Made by a program: the position numbers and the translations under genes. This document shows positions 57,983-64,000 of a DNA stretch of 64,000 nt, one piece after another; position 1 is the first letter of the stretch; each line of letters begins with the position of its first letter. This DNA is from Clostridiales bacterium (GTDB lineage Bacteria > Bacillota > Clostridia > Christensenellales > CAG-138), in assembly GCA_024691085.1 (NCBI GenBank), contig JAILNX010000018.1, forward strand, positions 28,591-92,590, written 5' to 3'. The notes under the pieces were generated by a model. That model ran no database searches, was not told the DNA's origin, and worked only from the letters and a program-made list of their open reading frames with translations.

Positions 57983-58552
57983 ATGTTCAACATCGTTATA
58001 GTAGGCGTGGGCGGACAGGGTACGCTCCTTGCCAGCAAAATACTGGGCGTTCTCGCCATGAACAACGGCTATGACGTCCGCGTCAGCGAGGTCCACGGCA
58101 TGAGCCAGCGCGGCGGCAGCGTCGTCACCTACGTTCGCATCTCGAACGATCAGCCCCTTTACTCCTCCATCGTCGAGCAGGGTCAGGCTGACGTCGTTCT
58201 CGCTTTCGAGAACCTCGAGGCCGTTCGCGCCCTTCCCTACATGAAGAAGGAAGGCACCATGATCATCAACACCCAGGAGATACTCCCCATGCCCGTCATC
58301 ACCGGCGCGGCGCAGTATCCCGCAAACTGCCTTGAGCGCACCAGGGAAGCCGTCAAGACCGTCGAGATCAACGCGGTCGAGATCGCTCACGAGTGCGGCA
58401 CCTATAAGGCGGCGAACGTCGTTCTGATGGGCGTCCTCGCGAAGACCATGCCCTTCTCCGCCGAAGAGTGGAAGAAGGCCATCACCGCCTGCGTAAAGCC
58501 CAAGTTCCTGGACGTGAACCTTATGGCCTTCGACAGGGGCTACAACTACTGA
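57983..58552 (+). CDS. iorB: indolepyruvate oxidoreductase beta subunit
   Basis: Start at ATG 57983 (AAAGGAGAGG Shine-Dalgarno): MFNIVIVGVGGQGTLLASKILG... Confidence 0.9.
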   Translation: MFNIVIVGVGGQGTLLASKILGVLAMNNGYDVRVSEVHGMSQRGGSVVTYVRISNDQPLYSSIVEQGQADVVLAFENLEAVRALPYMKKEGTMIINTQEILPMPVITGAAQYPANCLERTREAVKTVEINAVEIAHECGTYKAANVVLMGVLAKTMPFSAEEWKKAITACVKPKFLDVNLMAFDRGYNY

Positions 58553-58553
58553 T

Positions 58554-59719
58554 ATGTATGATTTTACAAAATCATCCGACCGGTCGAACACCGGCGCGAT
58601 AAAGCATGATTTTGCGCCCGAGCCCGTAAAGGGTTCGGGCTTTATTCCCATGACGGTAGCCGATACCGAGTTCCCCGCCCCGCCTGCTGTAAACGAGGCG
58701 GTAAAGCGCGCCGCGGATCACGGCTGCTACGGCTACACCTATGCGGACAAGGCCTATATGGACGCGGTCGCCGGCTGGCAGAAGCGCCGCCATTCGTGGG
58801 ATATCGATCCCGACTGGTACGTCGTTACGAACGGCGTAGTGCAGGCGCTCGGCATCGCAGTACGCGCGTTCACCGAAAAGGGCGACTCCGTACTGCTTCA
58901 GTCCCCCGTCTACTTCCCGTTCTACGGCGCGATAGAGGACAACGGCAGAGTCATCGTCGACAGTCCCCTCGTGAACGTGAACGGAAGGTACGAGATGGAT
59001 TTTTCCGATCTCGAGGAAAAATGCGCCCGTCCCGAGGTAAAGCTCATGCTCCTCTGCTCCCCGCATAACCCCATCGGCCGCGTATGGACTGAGGACGAGC
59101 TTAAAAAGGTCGCCGGGATCGCAAGAAGGCACGGCGTGACCGTTGTGAGCGACGAGATCCACAACGACCTTATCATGCCGGGCTACGGGCATACCGTCTT
59201 TGCCACCATCGACCCCGACAACTGCATCGTATGCACCGCCGTGTCGAAGACCTTCAACCTCGCGGGACTCTCCTGCTCTAACATATTCGTTCCGAACGCG
59301 GAGCTTCGCGAGAAGTTCAAAAAAGAGGCTCACACCTCGGGCTGCGGCTGCGTTCCGTATATCGCGAGGTTTGCGACGATCGCCGCGTACAACGAGTGCG
59401 AGGACTGGCTTACCGAGCTGATCGCCGTGATCGACGGCAATTTCCGCTTCATGAAGCGCTTCATCGCGGAGCGTCTTCCCCGTCTCGTCCTCACGGAGCT
59501 CGAGGGCACGTACCTCGCGTGGATCGACGCGCGCGCATACGGTATGGATCATGAAGCGATGTCGAAGTTCCTCGCAGAAAACGCGCTTATCGCGGATAAC
59601 GACGGAGCGATGTTCGGAAAGAACGGCGAGGGCTTCAGAAGGTGGAACATCGCCGTGCCTCGCTCCGAGCTCGAGGGCGCGCTTGTAAGACTTGAAAAAG
59701 CATTGAAAACACTTGAAAA

Positions 59720-59723
<4 letters not shown>
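58554..59723 (+). CDS. PLP-dependent C-S lyase / aminotransferase (MalY/PatB family)
   Basis: 389 aa ORF, SPHNPIGRVW, SDEIHNDL, PLP lysine in AVSKTFNLAGL. Confidence 0.85.
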
Positions 59724-63905
<4,182 letters not shown>

Positions 63906-63906
63906 T

Positions 63907-64000
63907 ATGAGGATCGGAAAACTCACGAACGAACAGCTCGACAGGCTGATACTTAATAAGCTCCGCCACACCAGGCGCGAGGTCGTCTGCGCCCCGAGCG
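63907..64000 (+). CDS. 5-prime fragment of an AIR-synthase-related (PurM-like) protein
   Basis: Hand translation gives MRIGKLTNEQLDRLILNKLRHTRREVVCAPS, which resembles N-termini of AIR synthase family proteins. Only 31 codons are visible. Confidence 0.35.
   Translation, partial: MRIGKLTNEQLDRLILNKLRHTRREVVCAPS

Overview
GC-rich, chromosomal, mostly housekeeping window from an endospore-forming Firmicute. It looks Clostridia / Oscillospiraceae-like, based on spo0A, a gerA-type operon, a cohesin-module protein and gene order; this placement is inference only. About 60 densely packed CDS have AT-rich intergenic spacers, many with clear sigma-A-like promoters or hairpin/T-tract terminators. Left to right: the conserved rimP-nusA-ylxR-ylxQ-infB-rbfA-nrnA-truB operon (minus strand); spo0A; pepT; gap; glnS; an M23 peptidase and murA; aroE/aroQ; a three-module cohesin-like surface protein; apbE. 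Next come an operon with an Ig-like membrane protein and two fused Wzz/BY-kinase paralogs; galE; vanZ; hisS; dnaX; rsfS; a nadD-yqeK fusion; obg; nth. Then a methyltransferase-hslO-TPR-THUMP operon; a PBP5-type carboxypeptidase; copZ-like; mnmA; deoC; two tandem paralogous lipoproteins; a membrane-tethered MerR regulator coupled to a YhfC-type intramembrane protease; icd; mscL. Finally a gerA-type germinant receptor operon; iorAB; patB-like; pcrA-ligA. I found no rRNA, tRNA, CRISPR array, transposase, integrase or recognisable defence system. The many long ORFs antisense to recognised genes are typical GC-rich mirror ORFs and were not called. Most notable observations: (1) Spo0A has Glu at the phospho-acceptor position (E56) and DG in place of the DD acidic pair. 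(2) A cluster of DnaA-box / 0A-box-like motifs lies in the roughly 390 bp AT-rich spacer just downstream of spo0A. (3) A MerR regulator with two TM helices and a zinc ribbon is translationally coupled to a YhfC intramembrane protease, behind a 19-bp-spacer promoter. (4) Two tandem fused BY-kinases carry very long, DNA-level repetitive (S/R)YG tyrosine tails and have no polysaccharide assembly genes nearby. (5) A 50-codon two-TM ORF lies in frame 3 nt after the gerAC stop. (6) TruB is fused in frame to a riboflavin kinase domain that lacks the FMN adenylyltransferase domain. All functional calls come from reading motifs by eye; no database search was run.
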